DNA of 63,489 bases, the filler included, from Octopus bimaculoides (lineage: Eukaryota): NCBI RefSeq assembly GCF_001194135.2. It is 8 parts of 6 records of this genome, joined end to end, with 100 filler letters (N's around TTAATTAATTAA, not from the genome) between each part and the next. Parts side by side here need not be neighbours in the genome. Positions count along the whole stretch, not along the records: positions 36,578 to 45,141 come from NC_068982.1; positions 45,242 to 51,993 come from NC_068983.1; 6 more parts are not named here. One strand, given 5' to 3'. Numbering within the stretch: the stretch's first letter is position 1; the number at the start of each line of letters is the position of its first letter. The position numbers were made by a program, and so were the translations under genes. This document shows, one piece after another, positions 37,760 through 51,294 of this stretch. The notes under the pieces were generated by a model. The model was not told the origin of the DNA, ran no database searches, and saw only the letters and a program-made list of their open reading frames with translations.

Positions 37760-38391
37760 CATATATTTAAACGTAAAGAAAGGCATTTGGAATCTGGGCA
37801 CTCTTATATAATCTAGATCTAACTAACCACATCGAATGATAAGGAACATACAGATTTCTTTACAGGTAAGCAATTTACACGGTACATCACTCGATTTCAT
37901 ACAGCATACGGAGAATGTATTTAAGACATCATAAAGCTGAATTGAGAATTTTCTATCTTCAATTTCTTTCTTTATTTATTTTTTTACTACTGTATTATTC
38001 GCATGAAATTTCTATCCGACACATGTTTCTGCTTGATAAACGTTCTAATGTCCTTTGATGCAGCATTTATGTTCATGTTGTTGATTCTCTTGATGTATAT
38101 ATTCATCCGATGTAGATATTTCTATGCAGTTTTGTTCAATGTTTTGCCTCTACGGATGGGTCACGTGAACTGAGGATTCAAATGTAAAATAGTATTTCTT
38201 AAAATATATTCTAGGTCAAGGATCACAAAACCTTACGGTACGTGACAGTAGTGGTCTCTTTGAAATACGATATGGCTACAGTTCTAGTATCATTTAACCT
38301 TTGAATGACCTTCAATAAGACTAATTCTGTAATATAAGAAACGTTAAAAATCGATATTTATCTATTCCTCTTTACGATGTCTTGGTTATAT

Positions 38392-38439
<48 letters not shown>

Positions 38440-38457
38440 CTATGTATGTGTCAGCAA

Positions 38458-38829
38458 GTGGAGGCGCAATGGCCCAGTGGTTAGGGCAGCGGATTCGCGG
38501 TCGTAGGATCGCGGTTTCGATTCCCAGACCGGGTGTTGCGAGTGTTTATTGAGCGAAAACACTTAAGGCTCAACGAGGCTCCGCTAGGGGGTAGTGGCGA
38601 ACCCTGCGGTACTCTTTCATCACAACCTTCTCTCACTCTTTCTTCCTGTGTTTCAAAAGCCAGCCTTGTCACACATTGTGCCATGCTGAATCTCCCCCGA
38701 GAACTACGTTAACGGTACACGTGTCTGCGGAGTGCCCAGCCATTTACACGTTAATTTCACGAGCAGGTTGTTTTGTTGATCGGATCAACTGGAACCCTCG
38801 TCGTCGTAACCGACGGAGTACCGTGGTAA
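38458..38829 (+). mobile_element. SINE family B with 10-bp TSD
   Basis: Homologous to 11482-11848; TSD GTGTCAGCAA at 38448-38457 and 38830-38839. Confidence 0.9.
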
Positions 38830-39828
38830 GTGTCAGCAAAAATAGACTAAAACAGCTTTGCCTATTCAGAAATTCGATGCATTAAAAAACGAAAGTAGTC
38901 AGAGACATTTTGCTTTTCAAGTTATTTATTTCATAATTATAAAATGGAAACAGTAAAAAACAAAATACTTACTAAGATTGAGGTATGATAGGTTTTGTAA
39001 CCTAGTTGCTTTGAACAGTTTTAACCTTAAGCTGTAATATTGGATTCGAATACCTTGCAGATAAAGTATTTCTTGAGCCGTATTTGCTTTGATAAATGAT
39101 TTGCTTTGATAGTATGCTGTGATAGTATGCCAGACCGAAATAATTGCTTTGTCGGAATCGTAAGTTTTGAGAAACATACCTTTTCTCTTTTTATCTTTCA
39201 TTTGTTTCAGTCATTAGACTGCGGCCATGCTGGGGCACCGCCTTGAAAAAGTTTTAATCGAATGAATCAGCCGAAGTACTTATTTTTTTTAAAGCCAGTT
39301 TCTTATTCTATCGGTCTCCGTTGTCGAACCACTACGTTACAGGTTCGTAAACAAACTAATACCGGTTGTCAAGCGGTGGTGGGGGGGGGCAAACATAGAC
39401 GCACGCGCGCACACATTTATGCAACTGGCTTCTTTCAGTTTCCGTCAACAACATCCCCTCACAAGACTTTGGTAGGCCCGAGACTATAGAAGAAAAGGAT
39501 CTTTTTTAAAACGGGGGCCACATTTTTCATTAACGAAACACTTTGAAACTTGGAACACTGGTAGACTGTGTCATATAAAACATCTTTTTCTCTTAGTCTT
39601 TTTTANNNNNNNNNNNNNNNNNNNNNNNNNNNNNNNNNNNNNNNNNNNNNNNNNNNNNNNNNNNNNNNNNNNNNNNNNNNNNNNNNNNNNNNNNNNNNNN
39701 NNNNNNNNNNNNNNNNNNNNNNNNNNNNNNNNNNNNNNNNNNNNNNNNNNNNNNNNNNNNNNNNNNNNNNNNNNNNNNNNNNNNNNNNNNNNNNNNNNNN
39801 NNNNNTTCTGAAACAATTCTATCGGTGA

Positions 39829-39857
39829 TAGGGTTAGGGTTAGGGTTAGGGTTAAGG
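39829..39857 (+). repeat. Short interstitial (TTAGGG)n tract
   Basis: TAGGG(TTAGGG)3TTAAGG, next to an N gap. Confidence 0.85.
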
Positions 39858-40299
39858 TAAAACAGCAAATTTAAAATGAAAAAAGCAAATAAAACGAAGC
39901 TATGGCTTAATCAGCCAAAGGAGTAAATGTAAACAACTGAATACTTGTCAGTGATTGGTTGAAATTATCGAAATAAGACAATTTTTTACATGAAATAAAT
40001 TCGAATACAAAAATATTTTTCTGTTCTGTAACATAAAATAGATAAGTATACGAAGTTTGAAAGTCTTTCGGTACCAAAAATACTACGTAAAACATTAATG
40101 AAAAATGTGGCCCCCGTTTTAAAAAAGATCCGAAGAAAACACTTGCCCAAGGTGCCATGTAGTGAATTAGAACCTGGAACTATGTGGTTAGAAATCAATC
40201 TTCTTACCCCTCGGCTACGCTTGCACCTATATGTTTGATCATATATTTTTTGCAATCTTTTTTTTTTTAATAATTTTGTAACCATTACAAATATTATTT

Positions 40300-40520
40300 G
40301 AGGCGGCGAGCTGGCAGAAACGTTAGCAATCCGGGAGACGCGCGGAGAGGTATTGCGTCTGTCTTTATGTTCTGAGTTCAAATTCCACTGAGGTCGACTT
40401 TGCCTTTCATACTTTCGGAGACGATAAATTAAGTAACAGTTGCGTACAGTGGTCGATCTAATCGACTGCCCCTCCCCCTCCCCAGAAATTTCGGGTCTTG
40501 TGCCTAGAGTAGAAAAGATT
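40300..40520 (+). mobile_element. SINE family D, forward orientation
   Basis: GAGGCGGCGAGCTGGCAGAAACGTTAGC...GAGTTCAAATTCC...GTGCCTAGAGTAGAAAAGATTA. Confidence 0.88.
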
Positions 40521-42874
40521 ATAAATATTATTTGGTAACAGTATCTTTAGTTTAATATCCATGACCGGATCAGTGACACTCTAGTTTATCTTCGTGTGTC
40601 TTTTATATACAAATATTTTCCATGAAAATTTGTATTTCACAAATGTATTAGCTACAAATTGACATAACAATACGAAACTTTAGCATCAACATATTAAAAC
40701 AATGGTTTACGCTTATTATATAACCTTCATTACATCTTGAACATAATTGAATCCATGAAATATTCTACAATTTTCCTATAAACTATATTGAATGCCTGCG
40801 CAAATTTCAACTCGCTCTATCTTACTCGAATCCGCTGAGACATATCACTAATTAACTTTCCTTCAATACAGTATAGGATGTATTTCTAAAAGCTCATTTT
40901 CATGTTCCCCGCTATGTCTCTAGTGTGCTATTCCTTAAAGAGATTCTAGCACCAGAATATTATTATAAATAATGAAGGTAGTGCCATGATACATATGCGA
41001 TCACTATAATCGAAATTTTATCCTCACTGTGGAGGGGTAAACATCGTTGAATAATGATTATCTCAACCAAATATGAAAGAAGCTGAAACCCATCAAGTAT
41101 TGTATTCATCTCCCGTCTGATAATTTATGTCCCCCATATCTTTTATTTTTCACTTGTTTCAGTCATTAGACTGTGGTCATGCTGGAGCTCCGCTTTCAAG
41201 AATTTTAGTCGAATGAAAACTGTCGGTATTTTTAATGACATAGCTATGCTTGTTATATAATAAATTACGCATTGATAAATAAACGTATAGAAATGTTGTT
41301 AGAAAATCATGATCTTCACATACAAGTTGTTGCTTACAGTTTTAATAAACATTTACGAAAGAGGCATTATAAACACATAGCCCATTCCTATTTCAAATTT
41401 GTTTATATTCTTTTTTATTCCAAACAGTTCATTCTCACGGACTAAACTTTAAGTATTTGGCTTCAACCTTCATATTTCACGTTTATTAAGAATGAAGTTT
41501 AAATCCAGCAACATAGGTTCTTGGGAGACATAAAGATTAATCCAAGTACACAAGACAACTGAATACATTAGCTATCGTGAATTGACATTTGCTATACTTA
41601 TGGACTTTATGACACAATTGTAGCTACCTCTGCTATAGTTGCTTCATCTAACACAGCCTCTTGCCACTTACTGAAGACAAGTTGTTTAGTTTTTCTTCTC
41701 GTTTAACTTTTCTTCTCGTATAATTTTTCTTCTTGTCTTAATTCTGTTGATTATGCAGCGATGTTTAATTGAACGTCATTGTTTATCTATCACAGAAAAA
41801 AATAACAGTATTCCACAGAGCTTTCATAGAATTGCTTCGCACTTAAGTGTGTAATTTATGGATTAAAGATGTCAAATATGTATATGACTTTAACCGACAA
41901 TGTACAGCTTCATTTCTTATTTCCTCTATCTGTTGTTTTGAATAAAGAGTAGTTGTTACGAAACTGAGGAATCTCATATATATTTATTTCTTTATTGCCC
42001 ACATAGGGCTAAAGACAGAGGGGATAATCAAGGACAGAAAAAGAGATTAAGTTGATCACATCGACCCCAGTGCGTAACTGGTACTTATTTAATCGACCCC
42101 GAAAGTGAATCTCATATATTGCCCCAATTGGTATTTTAAATTCTTCCTTTATTATTGTGAATATCAATATAAATTTGCTTGAATGAGCGCAGTGGATATC
42201 CTAAATAGCTCTTTAAACATCTATTTCTTCCTAAATAACTCTTTAAACATCTATTTCTTTCGTTAATATGCTAATCTCGAATGTATGTAGTGCTGGTTTT
42301 GCTGACGTAAAGGTAGCTTGGATCTACAGTAGAAATGATATACGTTTTGTTGATTGTTTCAACCCAGACAACTCCACTGAATTCGTAACTCTACAAGCTA
42401 GAACGCTTTTAGAGATTAAGCATACGATAAAATACATGAAGCAATTTTGTCAATGTAGAAATAATTTTCCTAATAAAAGCAACTGGCTCTCTGTTGGTTA
42501 CAGTGACGTGTCTTCCAGATGATTCTATCAACAGAACATCCTGCTCGTGAAATTAATGGGAACATAGCTAAGCACTCCACAGACATGCTTACTCTTAAGG
42601 TAATTCTCAGTAAAATTTAGTATGGCGCAGAATATGTCAAGGCGGGCCCTTTGGAATATAGGTACTACTCATTTTTGCTAGCTTAGAGAACTGGAGGAAC
42701 GCGAAATAGCCCCTTGTGCAAAGAGACAACGTGCCACCGGTAATTTAACTCCCAATCTTACGATTGTAAACCGAACACAAAACCAATTAGCCGCACATGT
42801 TCACTCAATGTCAGTAATAGTGACAGTGTCTTCTTTTTGAGCTGAAAGTAAGCCAAAGTGTGAAAAATAAGTTA

Positions 42875-43046
42875 TAGGCGCAGGAGTGGCTGTGTGGTAA
42901 GAAGCTTGCTTCCTGACCACATGGTTCTGGGTTCAGTCCCACTGCGTGGCACCTTGGGCAAGTGTCTTCTACTATACCTTCGGATCGACCAAAGCTTTGT
43001 CAGTGGATTAGATAGACGTCGTGTATATATATATATGTGTGTGTTT

Positions 43047-43121
<75 letters not shown>

Positions 43122-43320
43122 TGTGTTTGTCACCCCACCATCACGTGACAACCGATGTTGGTGTGTTTACGTGCCCGTAACTTAGCGTTTCAGCACAAGA
43201 GACCTGTAGAATAAGTACTAGGCTTACGAAGAATAAGTCCTGGGATCAATTTGTCCGACAAATGGCGGTGCTCCAGAATAGCCACAATCAAATGACTGAA
43301 ACAAGTAAAAGAATAAAAGA
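42875..43320 (+). mobile_element. tRNA-derived SINE, family C, full length with internal (TG)n
   Basis: Head GGCGCAGGAGTGGCTGTGTGGTAAG...GTTCAGTCCC; internal microsatellite 43021-43130; 3' part ends GACTGAAACAAGTAAAAGAAT. Confidence 0.88.
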
Positions 43321-43368
43321 AAAACTGATAAAAAAAAACGCTAAGAGATTAGTTGAATGCGATAAATG

Positions 43369-43746
43369 CGACGACGAGTATTCCAGTTGATGGGATCAAC
43401 GGAACAGCATGCTCGTGAAATTAACGTGCAAGTAGCTGAGCACTCTACAGACACGTGTACCCTTAATGTAGTTCTCGGGGTAGATTTAGTGTAGTATAGA
43501 GTCTGACAAGGCTGGTCCCTTTGAAATACAGGTACAACAGAAACAGGAAGAAAGAGTGAGAGAAAGTTGTGGTGAAAGAATACAGCAGGGTTCGCTACCT
43601 CCCCCTGCCGGAGCCTCGTGGAGCTTTAGGTGTTTTCGCTCAATAAACACTCAATAAACACTCACAACGCTCGGTCTGGGAATCGAAACCGCGATCCTAC
43701 GACCGCGAATCTGCTGCCCTAACCACTGAGCCATTGCGCCTCCACA
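43369..43746 (-). mobile_element. SINE family B, reverse orientation
   Basis: Reverse complement of the 38458 copy. A partial related copy lies at about 42520-42680. Confidence 0.88.
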
Positions 43747-44312
43747 TTGATATATATATATACGTTTCGAATATCTAACCCATGACATATGTTCAAGTAA
43801 TAGCTGTCTTACAAATGAGCCTGTTTTCTTTTGGTTCTGTAAATGATTAACATAAGAAAAAAAAATATTGCATAATAAAGATATATTTCAAAATTAGTTG
43901 AAGTGTTTGGCATATAATTTCGTAAATGATATTGAATTCACGACATAGCCTAGTTCTTTGTCAACCGATTAGAGTATCATTAAGAAAGCTGAATGTTTCA
44001 ATAATGAAATTAATGCTAAGAAGACGAAAAAAAAAATACGCTTATATCATTAAGTACAACGAAATTATAGCAATTATTCTTCCATACTTCTAATTTACAA
44101 ATGTTACTCAAAGACAACTTCATGCATAGTTGAGACATATAACATTAACATTCATAATTAACCGAAATTTATCTGTGAATACTGAATAGACAGACAATCG
44201 TTCTTATATTCCAAATAAAGTCTGAACTCAGAACGTAGCGGCGAACGAAATACCGCTAAGCATTTCACCTGGCGAGCTAACGAGTCTGCCAGCTCGCTGC
44301 CTTAATAATGTT

Positions 44313-44363
<51 letters not shown>

Positions 44364-44693
44364 TTCTAATGTAGGCACAAGGCCTGACATTTTGGGGAAG
44401 TGGGCAGACGATTACTTCGACCTCAGGCTGAAATATGCAAAATAGTTTAAATGACCTCCATAACGTTTGCAAAACAAATAATGAATTACGATTTATTAAA
44501 AGAAGACAGAAACCTATATATTCCCACCATCCTTATTAAACCTGATGAACACTTATGAACCCCATTCCTCTTCTTCGCGAAAATTATGATTTCCTTTCTT
44601 TTGTTGAAGATTTCGTAAACACGTGACCAAAATTGAAACTAGAAAATATATTTAAATGCCATATTCCGATAAAATGTAGAGAACTCACGTACA

Positions 44694-44739
<46 letters not shown>

Positions 44740-44873
44740 TATACGCTATATTAAATCTCTGAGTGAGATATAAACAGTAGCAAAGCAATACGGAATCGTA
44801 ACATATACTTGCCAATTGAGTGTGGCGTCCTATAGGGGACAGTGCTACTGACGTTATTTACATTATTGCCCAC

Positions 44874-44965
44874 TGGCATACGGCATAAGAGTGCGGGCTA
44901 CTAATCCCAAGATTCCGAGTTCGATTCTAGGCAGTGACCTGAATAATAATAATAATAATAATAAT
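44874..44965 (+). mobile_element. Short tRNA-like SINE with (AAT)n tail (family E)
   Basis: TGGCATACGGCATAAGAGTGCGGGCTACTAATCCCAAGATTCCGAGTTCGATTCTAGGCAGTGACCTG(AAT)n. The same 3' part occurs reversed at about 5625-5757. Confidence 0.6.
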
Positions 44966-47900
44966 GGTGCCCTGGGAATGACAGCGAAACGGGCTCATAT
45001 CCTAAGTAAAATACTGTCTATGTGATCTCAAATTTTAAAACAAACACATAATTTTCTTATGGTTTCTTAAACATTCACTAGAACAAAACTGTACAAATCC
45101 AAATATATGGTACCCTAGACATAACCCCTACATGAACTTCTNNNNNNNNNNNNNNNNNNNNNNNNNNNNNNNNNNNNNNNNNNNNTTAATTAATTAANNN
45201 NNNNNNNNNNNNNNNNNNNNNNNNNNNNNNNNNNNNNNNNNTATATATGTATATATATTCCGCTTATATACGGGGTGATGCAGAAATAACGCACTTTTGT
45301 ATTTGAGTTTTCTAGTTTCTAATTGAGTTGCTTCTTTATTTTCTAAAACTTCTGCAATTTCTTAAAACGATGCAATAAATTTATTTTCAATAAAAATTTA
45401 CTTAATAAACGTTTATATGCTATAACAGTTATCAAATGCAAAAAGGGCATTACCTCTCCCGCATCCTGAATATATATTCTTCATGTATATATACTTATAC
45501 AAATATATCGCTTTCAAATTTAGGCAGAAGTCTAGCAAGTTCTGGGAGAGGAGGAAGTCAATTGTATGGTCCCCAGTCCTCAAACTGGTACTTTATAGAT
45601 CTCAATACCGCAAAGTCAACTTCTACGGAATGTAAACTTACAACATTGAGAGGGACGAAATGCCGCTAAGCATTTTTACGTAATTTATTTGTTAATCATT
45701 TGCATTTGACCAAAGTTAACTGCCCATTTTTGTAAAGAATAGATATCATTTTTTCCACAAATAAGACGGACCACCAGTTCCAATATATCTGGATTTAGAG
45801 GGCCACTTCATTATAAATTGTTAACAGAGGTTATCAGAAATGTATAATTATCAAAACGTGTGTATATCCATGTAAGTATATAAGTATATACTTACTTGCA
45901 TATGTGTGTACATCGATTGAATGTTAGATAGGTAATACTATTTCTCTTAGGCATAGCTAATCTCAGCATATGTATGTGTGAGCGTGTGTATGTGTGTATG
46001 TGTTTATGTTTTAGAAAAAACAAACATTAGTTGATCACAATGGGTAATAAGACATTAAATAAAGGAAATAGGAACAAGAAAAGTAATTAATGGAGTTCGT
46101 TACCTTAGGGCTGTTTCTGAAAAATATAGAGAGCACTCATAGAAGATGGTTTGTGTATCACCTCATAGTATCGTTAGCCTCTCAAATATATATATATATA
46201 TATATANNNNNNNNNNNNNNNNNNNNNNNNNNNNNNNNNNNNNNNNNNNNNNNNNNNNNNNNNNNNNNNNNNNNNNNNNNNNNNNNNNNNNNNNNNNNNN
46301 NNNNNNNNNNNNNNNNNNNNNNNNNNNNNNNNNNNNNNNNNNNNNNNNNNNNNNNNNNNNNNNNNNNNNNNNNNNNNNNNNNNNNNNNNNNNNNNNNNNN
46401 NNNNNNNNNNNNNNNNNNNNNNNNNNNNNNNNNNNNNNNNNNNNNNNNNNNNNNNNNNNNNNNNNNNNNNNNNNNNNNNNNNNNNNNNNNNNNNNNNNNN
46501 NNNNNNNNNNNNNNNNNNNNNNNNNNNNNNNNNNNNNNNNNNNNNNNNNNNNNNNNNNNNNNNNNNNNNNNNNNNNNNNNNNNNNNNNNNNNNNNNNNNN
46601 NNNNNNNNNNNNNNNNNNNNNNNNNNNNNNNNNNNNNNNNNNNNNNNNNNNNNNNNNNNNNNNNNNNNNNNNNNNNNNNNNNNNNNNNNNNNNNNNNNNN
46701 NNNNNNNNNNNNNNNNNNNNNNNNNNNNNNNNNNNNNNNNNNNNNNNNNNNNNNNNNNNNNNNNNNNNNNNNNNNNNNNNNNNNNNNNNNNNNNNNNNNN
46801 NNNNNNNNNNNNNNNNNNNNNNNNNNNNNNNNNNNNNNNNNNATATATATATGTATATAAACAAATAGTAAATCAGTATATGCATATATACGTACAGGTA
46901 TGTGCATACCGACATCCACCTGTATGTATAGGTGCATATCTGGGTACAGGACATTGCAAACAAACGTAGACGAGAACACAGGAGCCACATAGAGAACATT
47001 CTACTTCATCAGCTACTCACGTTTTAACACCGGCGTTTCGACAAGCTTCGGGCAGGACGCATCGTTAAAACGGCTCGTCCCATGGATCGCAGTTTAAATT
47101 TGTATACGCAAAATAAATCTAGCCATGGAGGAATGTAGTGGCGGACAAAAAACAAGACAGGAAAACAAACAGAAAAGGCTTTACGGCCAGACGATATAAA
47201 TACATATGGTGTGTGTATTTACACATAAATATACTTATATATATACATACTCACACAGAAACACACGCATACACTCACACGCACCAACACTATACATGTA
47301 CACATATATACAAAAAAACGTTATTTTGTTTATCCCGGTGTTTCTTCTACGGTACTGAATCCGCTGGAATTCATTCAACTGAGAAGCCATGTTCCTCATA
47401 CTAAAATATTACTATTTTTGTATACCGTCTTTTTATTCTGCTCTATTACATTTGGTCTAAGAGTAAACAGCATAAAAGATTTTAATGCTGGTATACAGAT
47501 AACGTCTCACTGATCCATGAACTATTCTTGTATTTAGCCATTTTTCATGACGGCAACTAGAGTGTCCTTGATAAAATATATGACATATTTATTCCCTTGA
47601 TCTATGTATGTTTGCTCTCTGGCTTTACGCCTAAATAAGAAATCAATTTCAGTTGTGGCACGAGTCAAAATGTCACGTTTCCACATTCGTAATCATATTC
47701 TTATATATATATCTATGCATGTATATATGTATTGCTGATGCCCTCCCCCCACTGCAACACACCGTCATTATTTACTCTGGACTTGTGTATATTTGCAGGC
47801 CAAATATTTTATCGGTTGATTTAAACATATAATTAATGCATAATATGCATCCTTGTATTTACTAACCTACTATTTCTGCACATGTGTTTTTCTAGATATC

Positions 47901-49725
47901 ATAAATTTTCCTTTCTTATTATAATTCCTTTTGCTTAAGAGTCATAGGTTTTATTTGTTTTTTAAGAGAATGTCACTGTGTGCCTACAGCATTCAGTGTA
48001 AGAACGTATGTTCATTTTGCATGATTTACTGAAAATAACCTTCTTAGGAATGGAAGCTGGCGGGGAATATCTTTCAGCGTATTCATGAGAGTCAATGAAG
48101 ATTATTATCAAAACATGCTTATTTGGAGTTTGTATGGTTATTTAGTCAAGAAAATCGCTTCATGAAAGTGTTGTTTGATGCTGTATTCCACTCTGGAAAA
48201 CCAAGAGCAGAATATTTCTACGACACATTCTGGTTGAAGAATAAATCGTACTCGAAATTTTACACTCAATTAATCTAATCAATTACAACATATATATGTA
48301 TGTATGTATGTTTTTATATATGTATATATGTATGTATGTATGTATTTATTTATGTATGTTTTTATGTATGTATGTATGTATGTATGTATATCATTATTCC
48401 ATTTATTTCAAGATGTGTTGCCAATAGAGAAAAAACCGGTTTCTAAACTAGAGCCAAGATTCCTTCAGTGGAATTTCAACGTCAACGACACTGTATTTTT
48501 GTTTGTTTGTATGCATGCATGTATGTATTTATCTATATATGTATGTATGCATGTATGTGCAGATTTGTATGCTTTATGTATGTATTCTCATGCATATAGA
48601 ATACTCATATAATACTAGACATGCTCATGTATATTTAAATGACAACATTCTGGAAAGTTTTACAAATTTTTACAGATTTAGTGATGGACTAGATGTGTAG
48701 TCTTCGAATTAGCATTCTCCTTTCTGGTTCCGTGTGTGTGCGCGCACGTATTTATTTCTTATTTGCGTCTGCGTCTGTTCCTCCGCAATCACTTGACAAC
48801 AGATGTTGGTGTGTTTATGTCCCCTTCAGCTAGCGGTTCAGCAAAAAGTCAATCGATAGAATAAAATATTACGCTTACAAAGAATAAAGTCCAGTAGTTC
48901 CATTTGTTCTGCTAAAGGCGGTGCTCCAGTATGGCCGCTGTCAAATGACTGAAACAAGAAAAAGAAAAAAAAAAGAAAAAAACATAACAATTGATAGAGA
49001 CTGTAAATGGAACATACGAGAAATTATATTACACACATAACGAATGCTTCTACCCCTCCGCATCGTTGTCTTCAGGGTGAGATACTATGCAGCTGGTTGT
49101 GCAGATGTGTCTCAGGTGATGTTATAAGCGGTATCTCGTTAAATAAATCCTGTTCCGCTCGGTCTTAATGCAGCATGTTGTTAGCGACAGTAGTTTTCAG
49201 CTGTTGGGCAGGAATGGCGGCGATGTTGCAGACAGTTGTTAACATTTCTTTATTAGTAAATGAAAAACGGGGAGTAAATAAGAAAAAATAAGAAGAAATA
49301 AAATATACAACAAAGAAAAATTTATATGCGTCAGTACACACCTAGACTTACTATCTTACCCACACGAATGATTGTATTGTACAAACACACACACTCTCAT
49401 ATGCGAAGTTAAGTAGTAATTCAATGCTTTGATAAAAGTCCAGGCATACTTGTTTCACTCAGTGAGTCCAGTCACAGATTGTTCCGCCTGACTGAGTCTG
49501 CCGCCTTTCTTGGTCGTATATCTCCTAGTGACTACCATACACGCATACATATAAGACAGGATTCGCCTATATACATATACTACATACATACATACATTTA
49601 TACATATATAAATAGGTATGTATATGTATGTATAAATACACTCTCCTCAAACACACACGTGTATATGTGTGTATATATATATGTATATACATAAACATAT
49701 ACATATACATGCACTACACACTCAC

Positions 49726-49767
<42 letters not shown>

Positions 49768-49999
49768 GTATATATATATATATATATACAAACACACAAG
49801 CTATATTTGTGTGTGTTTGTGTGTGCGTGAGTGTGTGTGTTTATATATTAGTTTTGCAAGATTCTTTATGTGAATTCGTCTGTTGAAACCGGCATTGTTG
49901 TATTTATCGATGGTCATGTTGCCAGTTTAGACAATGAAAACACACACTATGTATTTGGTGTTCACTTGCTTCAGCTTTATTTCATATTAACTATAATTT

Positions 50000-50190
50000 G
50001 GCAAGAGTTCTTTCGTCACACTTCTGTGACCTCATAAGTGGTTTTTCGCACATTTTCTCCAGCGTACTCTTTCCCTCCTTCAAACGAGCCCACAACCTAC
50101 GTGAACTCCTGGTCCAAAGTTTCTTCGCTAAACCCACCCCCAACCTGATTCGTTCCCCATCTGCCACGAACTCCAAATGTTCATTCTAAT
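50000..50190 (+). mobile_element. Penelope-like RT-endonuclease linker fragment
   Basis: Translates to FSSVLFPSFKRAHNLRELLVQS, similar to the PLE motif P(A/S)(F/Y)RRxxNLRDxLVxS. Confidence 0.5.
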
Positions 50191-50258
50191 AATAATAATG
50201 AAATTATTGTATACAGTGCTCAGGTGCACTACAACTTGTTTTTTCTGCTGTTTTTAAA

Positions 50259-50346
<88 letters not shown>

Positions 50347-50986
50347 TGCAAATATATGTATGTACATATATGTATATATGTATGTATATATTTATTTATA
50401 TACATATATATATTCATATATTTGTAAGGGACGACCGTGCGAACTCATAAAAGGAGAAAATGGTGACGAATGGAAAAACAGAGGACTCCTTTTATTTAAA
50501 CGAATCACACGGTCGAACACACAATATATATCAAATGATGATATATAGATGATATGTTATGCGACGATAACATAGATGACCAGTAATGAAAGACCACAGC
50601 CGTATAAGATGAATAACAGAGATATTTATTGTGGCGTTAAAGATGTATGTCTGTGTGAGAGTGTGAATGCGACATATAAGAACATAATCAAAGACAGGCC
50701 GTCATGCAAAGAAAAGTGTGTATGTGAGTGATACATGTATGTGTATGTGAGTTATTACAGCAGATGGAAAGAGAGTCAATATATAACACGTGAACAATTA
50801 TACCACTTCTTGGGTACACAATAATATGAATCTGTAGGTGAAAGTGAAAAGAGGCTGAGTGTGGCAGTGCTGATCACTAGTTGTGATGTCGTGGCATCGA
50901 TGCCGGGCCGTGATTCTTGTTATACATATGTTTGTCGCTGGCTGAGAATTTCCTGTCTGTTTAAGAACTCTTGTCTGTTTATTTAC

Positions 50987-51114
50987 CGTGGTGAGTCACC
51001 TAACAGAATCGAAGAGACAGATGTGCCGCGGAGGTTTGGTGTACATAGAAGGTCGTGTAGACGCTGGTGGAGATTGTTGCTGGTTAGTAGTAATCGTAGA
51101 ATCGTGTTGGCCAT
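50987..51114 (-). CDS. Candidate first coding exon, possibly of the SLC16 gene
   Basis: ATG (catcATGG) at 51114 opens MANTILRLLLTSNNLHQRLHDLLCTPNLRGTSVSSILLGDSP, then CG|GTAAAT (phase 2). This matches the phase needed at acceptor 19749. It lies downstream of a TATA/CCAAT promoter. The linkage is unproven. Confidence 0.4.
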
Positions 51115-51294
51115 GATGATGATGCTGGATAGTAGTAGTAGACTCTTGTTGCTGGAGTGGCGACGGCGGAGGTCATCGTGGCTTGACGAAGCTGCTGAAG
51201 TGGTCGCTGGCTGCGGCTGCTGTCGTCGTGTGGTACACGGAACAGTTCTCAAAGAGAAAGTGGACCGAGACAAATTTGGCCGCCGAGTTAAAGC

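Noticed and set aside
44874-44940. tRNA-like sequence, and likewise all SINE heads
   Set aside because: No proper acceptor stem; each is attached to a SINE body or (AAT)n tail, so these are SINEs and not tRNA genes.
47000-47090. Hammerhead-like CTGCCCGA...GAAAC and a separate CTGATGA on the minus strand
   Set aside because: The core is broken, helix II does not pair and there is no valid NUH site; at best a decayed pLTR.
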